From NCBI GenBank assembly GCA_000934665.2, contig JYFJ02000088.1:124001-188000 (forward strand): DNA of 64,000 nt, read 5' to 3'. The notes beneath the pieces are model-generated. The model was given only the letters and a program-made list of their open reading frames with translations. It ran no database searches and had not been told where the DNA came from. Position 1 is the first letter of the stretch; the number at the start of each line of letters is the position of its first letter. Below, one piece after another: positions 42,199 to 55,581 of the stretch. Made by a program: the position numbers and the translations under genes. Source of the stretch: Catajapyx aquilonaris (lineage: Eukaryota).

Positions 42199-44205
42199 TT
42201 ATTTGTGTCTTTTACACTTATCACCAATTAACTCCCAAACAAAGACTACAGCACTGACAAGTAACATCACACAGAGCATTAGCAGGGGTCCCTTCACCTG
42301 ATCTACTTTTAGTTCCATAGACTGCTTGTATAACAAATTCCGAGCTCGAGCCGACTTCAGGTTGATATTAGATATTGCGATTGCAAAATCAGAAAGGTGC
42401 TTGATGTACACCCCCGACTGATCCCATCTGGCCGAGGTTCTTCGAAGTACCGGAGTCAGTACGGAATACTTGACAGTAATCAGCCCTCCGATCACTCGTA
42501 GCGAAGTGTCAGGAACTACTTGGACGGGCAAGTGACCTTCCAAATCCATCCATAGATACGATAGTGCATACAACAAATCGCTATCTCCAACGCAAGCAAA
42601 ATCATCGATTACGGATCTCAAGAGACAATTGACCATACCCTTACCCGGTACAAGCTGCTGCAATATTTCCTGATGATACTCAACTTCTGATGGCTCCATT
42701 AGTGCCCTAATGTATGGTTCTAGCTCTTCCATAGCTCCTTTATTCCACTTCTTCCATGTGGATAGCTCCAGATAATCGCCTGGTAGAGGCTCCAAATCCG
42801 GAGATACAAGAAACCCGAAAAATTTAGCCTCATATCCACATACAATCAGATCACAAAAGAGCCACCAGAAGCATATTAACACGCGGATGGACGAACCAGA
42901 CGGAATTAGGTTCGGGTTCTCTTCAATTAAGGCTGAGAATATGTATCGAAATGAGTATAGCACATGTGATTTGGGCGGAAGCTGGTCCGGAAACGGATGA
43001 CTGATTGAATATTGGGATTTGAGAAGGATCAGAAACACTAAGGATGACAATATTGCAGAGAATGTGATGCCTGCCCACATGTCAAGTGTGTATGGCTTGA
43101 ACATGGAGGTCCAGGAGTACAGAGGATTTGGTAAGCGGATAGAAAATGTCATGTAAGAACTATAAAAATTGTTGGGAAAATCCGCGACGCTCATGCCTTT
43201 TTCGGTGACGAACATTGACGCTATGAGTGATTGTCTTCGCTGGTAAGCACCGATCACTCCGGTATAGTTGCCATCATCCATTCGCTGTTCGTCCGCATAT
43301 CCTGGTACCGGTTCTGGTCTCATGGTTTCAAACACGTAGTTCAGTTGCTCCGAAATGTGCAGAAGAAACATCATGTAGGGCAGTACAGGGATACCAGTGC
43401 TGTACGAATACTTGATATCATCCGTGGTGGTATCCAATGCCCATGTGCTGTTCAGCAATTGTCCTTCCAAGTTGGTAGAGTAGTCAGGATATAGTTCCAG
43501 TCCCTTTGGAGCAACCCCTTCTTCCATGGAGTAGCTGCCTCTGGGGACAATGCCTGGGCTACCTCCGGAGCAAAAATGACACTTGTTGACAATCTGAAGC
43601 TGGAAGGATTGCTGGTTGTAAATGACGCCCATCTGGTAGAGGAACTGATGGTTGTAATCCAACATTGCTGGCTGGATGTCTGAATCCGGGCTGAAGTAAA
43701 TGACTCGATCTTGGCGTGGGTTCATCCTCACAAGACTGGCTCCATATCTGAGAGAAACAGAGTCAGCACCCTTTACAACAGTTCAAAAGGTGCAATACAT
43801 GCACCTCCCTCCATACCTGAACATTGGTATAAAGTTGTCCGCTTCGTGATTGATCAGCACAATCAGCCTGCAGTACGCAAGGTGCCTCGCAGTTGGTCGC
43901 TCCAGGTATGAGAACCAGTATTCAAAACTGTCTGGTCCAGAATTGACTGGTGGAGATGGGGTTGATTTGGTCCATTGGATCGGAAGTGCGGTCATATTGG
44001 CCTCTTGGGTCAGAAGATTAGAGAGAGGCAAAGGCAGGTGCTTGTAATCGTGGCACAGGACCATCAAGCATTCTTCCAGAGTACGATGCACTTCTTTCAC
44101 GAATGAAGCTAACACCTCTTCCCTTTTGTTAGGGGTTGATAGGCGTGTTGTGGAGTATTCTTGTAGTGCGGTTGCAATGAGCAAAACGACCAAAAAACGG
44201 TGCAT
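42199..44205 (-). CDS. Divergent ionotropic receptor (IR, iGluR-derived chemoreceptor), ~645 aa
   Basis: Signal peptide, DGNYTGVIG (S1), KPYTLDMW + M1, SIRVLICFWWLF...GYEAKFFGFLVSP (M3) and a C-terminal TM. Exons 43817-44205 and 42199-43747 joined by one 69 nt phase-2 intron. Confidence 0.88.
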
Positions 44206-45896
44206 TGTTCAAAACTAAGCTGTTAATGCATTTCAGTAATGGCCTTTCAAGAAGGATGTAATTAACTTTTGGAGCAAATGTGTAACAGATCTAGACTATG
44301 TTTAGTAAGGAACTGAAAGCAGAGACGTCCAGGTCAGGGGGTTTTATATGGTAAGGAGTAATGGTTCAATAGATTGTGCCCAAAGTACCTTACTTCTAGG
44401 AGTACCTTAAGTACTGTTATACTGATAACGATAGTCATCCACAATTACAATGGATCACCTATAAATCAAGCACTAAGATGAAATGATATGAAATCTGAAC
44501 TCGAGTATAATACTAACGGCCATTTTTATCGAACAAATTTATAAATGATGGCCTTTTTTGCAATGCGATTATGAACATTATTCGCATTCTCAATAATGCA
44601 GGAACAACTGTCTATACAAAAGTGGCGAAGATTTTAATCGCATGCTATAAATAATAGTATACCATCGTGGGTAGCCTATCTTGCCAGTGTAATAAATCAA
44701 TACTCTTTTGTCTTGTATTACGTGATGGACGTCTAACTTTCATGATACCAGCTTCCGGTTTTATTATTTAGTCGGCCCCTAGGTACGGTAATAACTGTCA
44801 TCAGTCTAAATTCAGGTGGTGTGCAGACTTGATAATGATTAAATGTCTTTAAACATTTTATTGAAACAGTGCAATGGCTATAAATAATGGAAAAGCGTAC
44901 AAAATAGACAAATGTACATTAAAATGAGAAATCATTGTAAATATTATTGTAAAATTTTCCCTTGTCATAATTATATTTAAGGGTTCACATGTAAGCATAT
45001 TTATAACTTAGATTTGACACTTACAGTTATATGCTCAATTGGAACTACAGTTCCCAAATATATCGTTCCCACATCAACTTATCAATGTCATTTTATCCAA
45101 AAGTCGTGCCACCCACTGCTACACAAGAATCTGCGCCAATATTGGTCATTCAAAAACCTCCATGAACTAAATCTGCGAATAACTAGACTTGTCCATTTTC
45201 AAAGAGGCAGATGAGTTACAGCACACAAATAAAATACTGCACGCATATTGAATTCATATTGGGAATGGAATCTAAGCCATTTAAATGCAATTACTACATT
45301 TTATTAAAAGGTTCGGCATATACTGTAGTATTAGGTTTTCATAAAAAGTAGTTGTACGGTATTTTATTGTAAATAAGTAATTTTTCACTGAAATTTACCT
45401 TTTTGCATTTTTTATTTCCCCTTCTTTTACGTGCAGTATTAAATTTTCAGTTGCATGTCAATAGCCTGGGCCTGGCCAGTTAATAATGTACTGTACATAT
45501 TCGTAAAAATTATGATAGAAACATATTTGGTATTTTCAGTGAACAACAGCTACCTACAGCGTTTTAATTACAACTTCAAACGCATTTTTAGATGCTGCCA
45601 GAGTAATTAATCATTTCCCATGGGTTACACAGCAGGCCGTGACATGTGTGCAATATTAATCAATAAAGTTGCGTTCACCTACAAAAATTATAATTTCACC
45701 ATATCTGCTCGATTATGATCCCACACTGACTTTTTGGCAAAAGCAGCAATGCAGGTAACACACTCATGCCATCAGTTATTGTCATGAACAGGAAAGTTTT
45801 AAAACATTACAAGTATTTTGTTGCTACCACTTGGTGGTTCATGTTGTCAAAAGTTGGTCCATAGTTATCAATTTGATGAACATATCGGCAGAAACA

Positions 45897-48800
45897 TTAT
45901 TTTCTTCGACTGTCATCTTCTTCCAACAGATTGTCGGTGACGTTAAGGTATTTGATAGGATATGTCAACTGATTGCCCTTGTCCCAAGTAAATAATTCCT
46001 GCAGAAGAAATACATTATGTAGATTTATGAAAGGGAACTGTCAAGATGTATACAACAGTCAGGCTTACTTTTGTTCTGGGATTATACGTAACCATTGTTG
46101 TCCTGCGGAATGGATTTGAGAAACTTAAGTCCACATCAATCAGTTTCTTCTGGTATAAATCCAAGGCGAATCTGGATAGAAGTGGTGTTAAATTAGCAAA
46201 ATATTTTTTAAACAGTTACTTAATTAAAATATGGGAATTTGATTATTATAATAAGGTTTTCCATGAGTTTCTCAGATAAACTAACCTGATCTTTGTGTTC
46301 CTGTCAGAAACGCTGTCGACAGCGTACAGAACACCGCACATGATGAACATGTCACCGACTTTTCTATGATCAACGTTGATGTTGTATGCACGAACTATGT
46401 CCAAAGAGGACGCATTGAATTTAACCACAGCCGTATTATTCGTTCCTGAAAGTGCATAAATGGCCCACAGTCCATTTTCATCCACTGCTAGGTCCACCGT
46501 CGACACCTGAGAAATACAGTTATCGGACTTTTGTAACTATATGTACGGTACTCTAACAAGTTATGTCGCTAGAAGCGGCATATGAAATATCGCATTGTCA
46601 TTTAGAAAAAGCAACAACAGAGCTTTTCAGTCCTTACTTCAGAATTGTAGAGAAGATCTATATTGCCATCGCTAGCCCCTGGCAACCGTTTGCTCATGCT
46701 ATGCTGAGTAGTTAAGTCATACCTCACAATTATTGGACTGTGGGCTTGCGTGTAGTAAAAGGCACCGTCATACACTGCATGGAAATTACCCTGAAAATTA
46801 TTACTCAGTTACTCTCCAAAAAAGTAATCAGAATGAATTTTTAGAAATCCCCAGCCTTGAATCCTGTTTATCGAATGGACCATTCAGCTCACCTTAAAGG
46901 ATATGGGAAGAGAATAGTTTTCGCTGTGAATGTCCCTTCGAAATAAAGTCTTGTTGGCATATTCCAGGAGATGAAGAGTGTCGTTGTGACGAGTTACCCA
47001 CATTTTCTCACCGTCGTGAAAGTGCCTGGGCAAAGGGTCGCGCATCCAGCACCCAAATATATCGTCAGTGTAACGATGATACACAGGCTTACCCACAGCT
47101 GTCAGGAGACACTCTGCAAAGTGAAACCAAACTCATTATTTGGCTAAAGGAAAATTACATTAAAATGTGTGATCTTGTAATCTGCTTTTGGCAAAAATTG
47201 CATAGTTTGCACTTACTTTGCTTTCTGTCGAAGTCCTTGATGTGATCGAATCCGTCCAGATTGGCGATCTCCAATCGATCGACCAGATCCGACAACGACA
47301 GGCTTCCTTCTCGACACCTTGTTTCCGCAGGTGGGGGGCACTCGGGACAGGGCGTCTGTGGCGGGCAGAGGTCCTCCAAGTCCATTCTATCCGGCGGTAC
47401 TTGACCATAGATGGCAACTCCTCCTTTGCCGCTGATGTGAACCGGAGGTGGTGTGGCCAATGCAGGGTCGATTTCTTTCGGGTGTAAAAATTATGTCACA
47501 AATATCGTTATTCATAACGGTTAGCACTTACCAATAAGAGTGAAAGCTCCCTTTGTAATTCCTATTTCGTTCTTGGCTATACAGTGGTACCGACCATAAT
47601 CTGCTCCACTCAGTCGTGTAATATTCATCTGCATATGTTGCTACCCAATACATAAAGCAGTTACTTTAAGACAATAATATTAATTTTCGATCCATACCTT
47701 GTATCTGCTGTGCAACTTGTGAGTGACAATGTACTTGGTTCCATTCTCGATAAGTCTTCCATCTGACCTTTCCCAGTAAGTGACTGCCTCTGGAAAGGCT
47801 TCCACGTAGCAATCCAAAATTGCATTAGTCCCATTTGCAGCCCCAACCATCTGATTCTGAATGAGGATCAGTGGAGGAACTGAAAAAAGACTTTTCACAA
47901 TTAGTGTCAAAGGGCACAGCAAAAAATGGTGCCACACTCTAGAAACAATTAGCAGCACTTAAGATACATACAGGTAGATTTTTCTGCTAAGTATGTGGCG
48001 ACATGTAAGATCCTGTAAGATGTTTCGCCCCCGCCGTTTCGCCCCCGGACTTTTAGCCCCCGGCATATTGGCCCCCGTGACAATTTCGTCGTGGTGGGCG
48101 TCCTAGTCTTGAAGCAACCCTTCGCACAGGCCCCACGGTGATGAAGTGCACTTCCTCACCGTGGGGCCTGTGCGAAGAGTGGCCAAAAGAATTTGAGCCC
48201 ATAGTACTTTTCCTGATTCTAGAGTGTGAAAGAGGCATGATATTAGCCTGGTGAAGCTGAACTGGATCCTATTCCCCCAGCCCCAAAATCCCCCCATTTG
48301 AAAGCCATCAACGTGGACGCATCCATTGCACTTCTGCGACCATAGAGTTGAAGGTATGGGCCATGTGGCTTCAGACATTTCGGAGAGCCCAACGATAAAG
48401 CATTACTTTGCAGAAGGCGTTGGAATGGGGCCAGGAAAGCATTCGGTGGTCGTTTCCAGAGCCCGTAAGCATCGCTACGGGCGTGTTCCCTAGATCCAAG
48501 TGGTCATTTATTCACCGGCAGCCCAGCACTGACTTTTTGACCCTTACCCCACTCACTCACACCGATCCTGCCTCGATTCCTACGTCTAACGATAGACCCT
48601 CTTTTCATGGCTGCTGACTTGCAGGCAGCTTCTTGAGAGCTTGACGTGAAGTATGATGGAAATAATTAAATTTTAATACCACGTAAGTGTACCCTGCTAA
48701 AATCTATTGTACAGATGCTTAACAAAATATGTGCATAACTATCAATATTATGAAAACTCCGAACAAATTTAAATATATGAATTTTTCATACAGAAATTAA

Positions 48801-51800
48801 GCATTTACATGCCATTTATTCAGCGGTATTTTTTTATCCGATAGTTAATTAGACGAGCTCATGGTTATTGATTTTTCTTGGAATTTTATTAAAATTCTTA
48901 GATGCAAGTAATGTTCAGGCTTGATTACTCCATGGTATTTGAATCTGGAAAAGGGGGGGAAAGACTCATTTTGGGGGCGGACTAGCTTGGACCAAAAATC
49001 GATTTTATACATGCTGGAGTTCAGATAAGGAACAAAAGTGGTGTAACTGACACCGTAATTTTGCATCTTCATCCGATTTGTGGATGTGCAATATTTTTGA
49101 TATTTTAAAGGACAGCCTGTCCAATAATAATGCACCCTACATTATTATTTGAGGGGACGAGGAACTATGACACGTAGTAAATGCCTATAAATAATTCAGC
49201 AACTCACAGTGCACTTCGACGTGAAATTTCTTGGAGGCGTCAGGATACACTCCGTTCGAAGCATGACACACGTAACCACCCATATGTTCGCGATTCACTC
49301 TGGTCAGATTCAATGTAAATCCCATTTCTGATGAACCTGTGAAATGAGAATAGTAAAAAAAAAATCAACGCCATCTTTGACCTCATTGTAACCTTACTTT
49401 GCCAAGATTTGATGGGGATTGGCGCACCATCTTCTTTACGCCAGACAACGACAGGCACGGGTGCACCGGCGGAAGCACATCGAAGTCGCAAGTTTTCGCC
49501 TTCGTGGACTACTATAGGGTTACTTGAAGTTCTCTCAAACTCTGTACGGAAAGAGTCGCTTGCAAGGTTACATTGCAATGTAAACAAAGTTGGAGGAAAT
49601 CCCATGGGTAGAGTTTAGTGGGATCAACACAAATAGTAAAGTTGTTATACAAACCAGGGATTGAAGGAGGAATAAGAAGCTCCATTACTTCTGTTTTGTT
49701 GATCATCCAGGCGTTTAATCCTGGAATTCCTGGAATTCCTGGTGACCCAGTTTGACCTCGTATTCCGGGAAATCCTTAAAGTAGATCGATCGTTCACAGT
49801 GTGGACACTGCAATTGCACGAAGTTTATGATAATACTATGGACATGCTTACCTCTGGGACCTGATGGACCAGCTGGTCCAGTTGGACCTCTATCTCCAGG
49901 CCTACCTGAGTATGATAAAAAAACTGGTGTAAATGTTAGCATGCACATCACTTCGCTGTACTGCTATAATCATAAGCTATCATAACTATCAGAATAAACT
50001 ACTCAGATGCACTTAGAGCGAAGTGTGCAGGTGGTAGGCATGCATAACATTCTCACTAACCGTCGCTTCCATTTCTGCCTGGTGTACCAGGGGTGCCATT
50101 AGTCCCTGGCACGCCGTCCATTCCATCCACTCCGTCCAGCCCATTGCGACCAGGCATTCCATCCAGGCCGGGCTCCCCTGGAAGGCCGTCGCGACCATCC
50201 AGACCTGGAAGGCCTGGAGAACATGTCCTTTTCATACACTACGTCTGGAGAATTTCAATCTTTTTTTTCCCCTCAAGCGACACAATTACATTCCGAGAAA
50301 AGGGTAGGAAAAAAACCACACAAATTGCATTTTCACGACTGAACACAAAAGGAACAGACGAGTCTGCCTTTCTGGTGTTTACAGACTGGAAAATGCACTC
50401 AGGTTAATGCATGTTGTGTCGCTGTAGCACTGAAAAATATGTCATCAGATGCAAATCTTTATACAGTTATTACAGTGTCGACAAACTGTCAGCTTACAGT
50501 GTCGTCTGACATAACCTGGCATGTGAACATCTCAGCGAAAAAAAGCTTTTTCTAGCAACATATTGGAAACCTTGTACCGGAGACGTCAAAGAGAATTTTC
50601 CATTACTTGAAAATGCAAGACGTTTTTAAAAAGCAGATCGTACCTGGGACTCCCTTAGGCCCTCTGGGACCTGGAATTCCAGCAGGTCCTGTGGGCCCCC
50701 TGGCTCCCATTTCTCCAGGAAGTCCCCGATCTCCTCTCTCCCCTTTACGTCCATCTCTTCCTGGAGTTCCAGGGTTGCCCTGAGGTCCTGCAGGACCTGG
50801 AGGGCAATAGTCTCTGGTGGCAGAACAAAACTCTTCTATGGCTTGCAACTGAAAAAGATGCAACAAAAATGTTGCTTATTTTGGCTCAATTAAAACAAAA
50901 GACGTTTTGTTTCTATGTCCATTATATTAAGGCGACCATATCCTTTGTTTGGCATCCGGTATCTACAGCAGAGAATGCGGCGCATAGAAGGACTTTTGGC
51001 AGCTATTGTGGCAGAAAATTGATTTCATCACCGTGCCTCTAGGAAGCCTTAATGAGAAATTTGGACCAGTTTCACATCAGCGGGATGCAGGGGTCCCTGG
51101 CGGTAAGGAATCGGTTGTTCCCCGAAGCCTAAGAAGCTTTAGCTGATGATGGAAAAGGTAATCCCAAATGTCAGGGTTCAATTAAGAGATTACTTTCGTT
51201 CTCGAACGTGGCTTGCGGTGACAATCAGTTTGGCTTAATTGTTGCCCCGTCGTATTGATGTCACCTGTGTTGTCGTGCAAAGTTTCCAAGATGTTGGCTT
51301 ATGAAGTCCAACACTGTTGAACATGTACAGTGCACTTCATTGCAATGAGCAAAACGGGGCTTAAGTATGCCTTTAAGGGATAGTACAAGAAATTAAAGAG
51401 GGGGTAACTAACTTTAAAATATATCCATTATAATACCAAACCAGTCCTATATGAAGAACTTCTTTTCTACAGACGAGTTGGAAATGAAAATCGATCGATA
51501 GCATGCAGGAGCTTGCAAAAAAAACGTTATACTGTACCTGCTGATATCTGTTTATAAAAATGAAAGGAATTTACATATTAAATGGAATTTTAGTTTTATA
51601 TATTTTCTGCCTCATTATTTTCCGTAATGGACCGATATGCAAATCGCCAATCTACTTTTTTGTTTCAACGACACTGCTCAATTATACAATACAGTTTTAA
51701 TTATAATTGTCACATCACACAGTCACACAGTCAATCACACAGTCAATCACACAGTCATTCATTAGAGCTATAGACATCAGTATATCACTCTGGATATATA

Positions 51801-54570
51801 ACTAAGGCTGTCGCCTCGTCGTTGAAATTCTCGACACATCATTTCAATAATAATGAAATTAACGCTGGTAATCCGTTTGGAGCAATTTCTAAAAGCGCTA
51901 ATTTCAGCTGGATGATTCTGCATTGGGGGGGAAGTATAATGAAGGCGCCCTTGGGCTATTCTGTCTTTCCAGAGTTTCTCCAGAATCAATTCTGGCTCTT
52001 ACTTGCTGCTGCGGGCTTCACCAAGTCTCGCTCGGCCAAACCCACTCCCACTTTGGAATTAGATGAGGAAAAGTGATTAGTCCCTTGCAGAACAATGATG
52101 AATTAAATTAGGAAACATGCAGCAAAAATTAATTCGCAGAGAATACTCTCCTCGGAGTTTAATAGATGTCGCTCTGCCAAATTGTTGTCATGTGGTAAAT
52201 AAATGCCTAGCTTTGTGAGAAAACGTGCCAAATAATATTTTTATTAATTTTGATTTGACTTTGACGAATGGGGAGCCATAATTTTTGAGTAAGTTAAATT
52301 TTCCTCTGGCAAATCAAAAATGATGATCTCACGCAGCAATTCCGGAAAGAATAATTAGATTCGGATTTTTTCCCCCATTTGCCAGACCCGCTTTTACGAC
52401 GTAAAGGCTGAAATTATTGTTTATGGCAGGATCTTAACTTAGGAAGGGTAATATTCCCACCCAGCCATATTTCGGAATGTAAACAGAGTGGTAATGTAAT
52501 TCGCCTTGGCGGAAACCTCTCCTCCACACCACACAAAGTTATATGCCTAATATAAAAAAAAACTCCTGAGACATACTAATAGTTTATGTATAGGTCAATA
52601 AAGACCCCATATAACTGCGCTTAAAGATTTTAAAATTGCAACACAAAAGTACCTCTTAGTTTAGCGAAGATATAGGAGATGGGGTAGATAGAGTGAATAA
52701 CCCTTGGCACAGTTTGAGCCATTGAGTCGGCAGTGCGCACCCGGCAATCACTGTGTCACTGTATTGGCATGCTGTCACATCAAGGTTGGTCACCAGATGA
52801 CCTCCGATAAGTCAAGGAAAGTCGTATATATGGACGGATGTGCAATAATACTTTTTGTGCAAGAAGTTAATAGCACATAAGTATGGTATGTCACAGCCAG
52901 GACTCGTTCTTATTACACCTCATCTGCGTTAACACATTGAACGACTTTATATTTTAAACTCTTCCATCGATTAACACCCCATAACCTGGGCTGCCAGTCG
53001 TTTGATCGTAATTGGATGGGTTGGGTTTCCATAAAAATTGCATCATTTTTATGCTGCATCTTGAGAAAGTTTCTTGTAACAACCCATCAGCATTTTCTGA
53101 CTGGTTATTCGGCCGAGTTGATATTACAGCATACCGCGGCTTTTATGTTGGACTAAACATCCCTGCTGAGCACACGAGGCAATGGTTCAGTTAAGCCTTA
53201 ATTGCTCTCCCTCGACTTCCTCTTCATCTCTCCGTGCCTTTTATTCCGGCCCGGGTTTGGGTCTTTCAAGTGAACACCCTAGCCGCAGATATGTTCCTGG
53301 GGTCATATACACGCGTATGTATATTTGTTTTGGTTACATGCAACCCCTTGCATAGTTATACGACCGTATATCTATAATTATAAAAGGTCTGCACCTAACA
53401 TGTGAGTAGGTCAGCGTTTAATGAGTACGAGGTCGGGGACAGTATTTATCATAACGCTGCAGAGGTCGTTTTTTAAGGACAGGTTAGGCCACCCATAACC
53501 TGCATTTACGACGAACCCGAATTTAAAATAATTTATGTTCAAAGTGTAGATGAAGAAATTAGCCCATCATCAATCAGCCTTTATTCTATAGATATGAATA
53601 TTTTCCAATATTTTCATTTGCATGGGAAAAATCACGCTATTAAAAATTGACTATTTCATGGAAATATTTGCACTGAAATGAAAACCGTTGTTGTAACATT
53701 TACCATCTTCATGTTGTACTTCAGGTTTCAGTGAGAATAATCACACAATCGCAATAATTATTGTGGCAATTATATTAGCATTGTTTCTCCAACAGGGCTA
53801 TGGGCTGTTCATTAAGCAACCCGTTGTCAGCAATAATCAGGACCACTTTCACTAATATTATTGTGATTGTTTCATCTACGTCAACTGTTTGAAGGAACAA
53901 TAGTTTCTCATTACAGTCCTCTTGAGCAATGCTTCTGGAGTTCCCTATATTGCATTGTAAGCCACTGAAAAGTTTAGTCTTGCTGCTAACCTACAGGATG
54001 TTTCATAATTATTCAGACAAACTACACACCATGTAGAGCGATTCTTACCGGTATCCTGGCATAAGATGTGAGCCAAACCCATGGATCCTCTTCTCCTTCC
54101 CCAGCAGTGACCCCCTCCTCTGCATCTTCCCTGTCCAAATCATCCCTCATTCTGGGATGCACAAACTCAACATTGGTCGTAGCCAAACTTTTCACCTCCG
54201 CGGTTCGACGAATTCTCTTCGCAGGAGGACCCTGCGGTGATTCGTCCAGCGGGGATTCCCCGTTATCCCAGTGCCGCGGTAGAGGCATGTTGCTCTGCCA
54301 ACTGTCACTCTCCGGATACGAAGCACGCTGTCGGATCAACAGGTGATCCGATTCGCCTGTGGACAGGCAACCTTCTTGGAGTCTGTGGTGCATCCAATAG
54401 AAACCGAGGAGTTCGGACGCGCACAGTCCGGACACTAGAAGGTACAGGAGAAGCACGTGGGGAAACCCCTTTCCGGATGCGACTTTCTCTTTGGATTTGG
54501 CCATCCTGTGGGAGGCACGAGTGGACCGATGGGAGGCTGCACGACTTCTGAGATCAGAGAGGGGGTCCAT
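45897..54570 (-). CDS. Gliomedin/colmedin-like protein, copy A (type II TM, furin site, collagen, 2 Ig, olfactomedin; ~891 aa)
   Basis: [18 protein letters not shown], Gly-X-Y repeats, two Ig domains and OLF motifs WMRDP / [13 protein letters not shown] / [10 protein letters not shown]. Exons 54049-54570, 50644-50848, 50061-50213, 49852-49905, 49655-49774, 49398-49541, 49208-49336, 47698-47879, 47532-47640, 47217-47474, 46893-47113, 46638-46790, 46286-46506, 46069-46171, 45897-45998. Confidence 0.92.
48023..48088 (+). repeat. Short tandem ~13 bp GCCCCCG-core repeats, probable DNA-transposon subterminal end
   Basis: TTTCGCCCCCG / TTTCGCCCCCGG / TTTAGCCCCCGG / ATTGGCCCCCG, inside the enlarged intron 7 of copy A. 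Confidence 0.5.
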
Positions 54571-55581
54571 GGGACACTATTTTCGGGGAGGACGTTCGGA
54601 TGCGCGCCGCTAGAGAGAAGCAGGCGACTATGCTACTCGTCAATACGGAGAATTTTTTTTATATCAGAATTACAGTGTCTAAGTGCTCGGGGCGTTTAGT
54701 TGCACATGGTGGTTCGTATTATTGGGGGAAAACTTTCAGGGAGAATTTCCTGGGAGTAGATCGATCGTTTGATGTGGAAGTGGCGTTTGGTCTTTAAAGT
54801 TTCGATTCACTGTGCTAATTATAGTAATTAAAGAATTAGGATGTTTACTTGACAGGATATTTGATTCCTTGAAATTCAAGCCAAATCTCTGTATTGAGGT
54901 TTTCACAACCATTGCCCGGACGCTCAATCTAATATTTGCATAATTATTACGAAACACCCTCTATAGTTAACTAGTAGCATTATTAGGCCTACTTCGGTTA
55001 AATTATAGGCCTCACTTGCTATATTGACAACATCTAGATCACACTATCTTTAATTAATTTTATGTGAAAATCCGTACATCAGACCGCAGATTTGTATGCA
55101 TGTGGTGTTAACAATTTGCACCTACAAAACACACATTATATTGTGGTGTTAAAACTTCCAAAGTTCTATATACTCTGGGCAGTCCAAATAAAGCATATGC
55201 AGTAGTCCTACCTACATGCTGAAGAGTGTACACTGCATTCATTTTGTAGGTCTGAAATGAGCTTTAAAAATGTACAGTAGTTACATCATAACATGAAAAA
55301 TCATCGTTTAAAAGTGTGAAAAAGAAGTATTTTATTTCATACATATTTACATTTTAAAATATCATAGAAATGTACTATAGTGCACTGTTTATATATAATA
55401 CTATTTAACATCGACTACAACAGCTACAGTGTAAGTGATGGAATAATCTACACTATTCTACTTCAACTTAACACAACATTAAAAACAATAACATTATTTT
55501 GTAAAGTAAGTAGAAATATTAACCTGTACAATATCGACTGCTACCTGTCATTACCTGCCATAAGTTATGTTTCCACTCTTC

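Noticed and set aside
43731..43817. Apparent frameshift splitting the IR into two ORFs (pseudogene)
   Set aside because: A canonical 69 nt GT-AG intron restores the frame.
51714..51758. Short CACACAGTCAAT tandem repeat considered as CRISPR-like
   Set aside because: No unique spacers and a eukaryotic context; a simple minisatellite.
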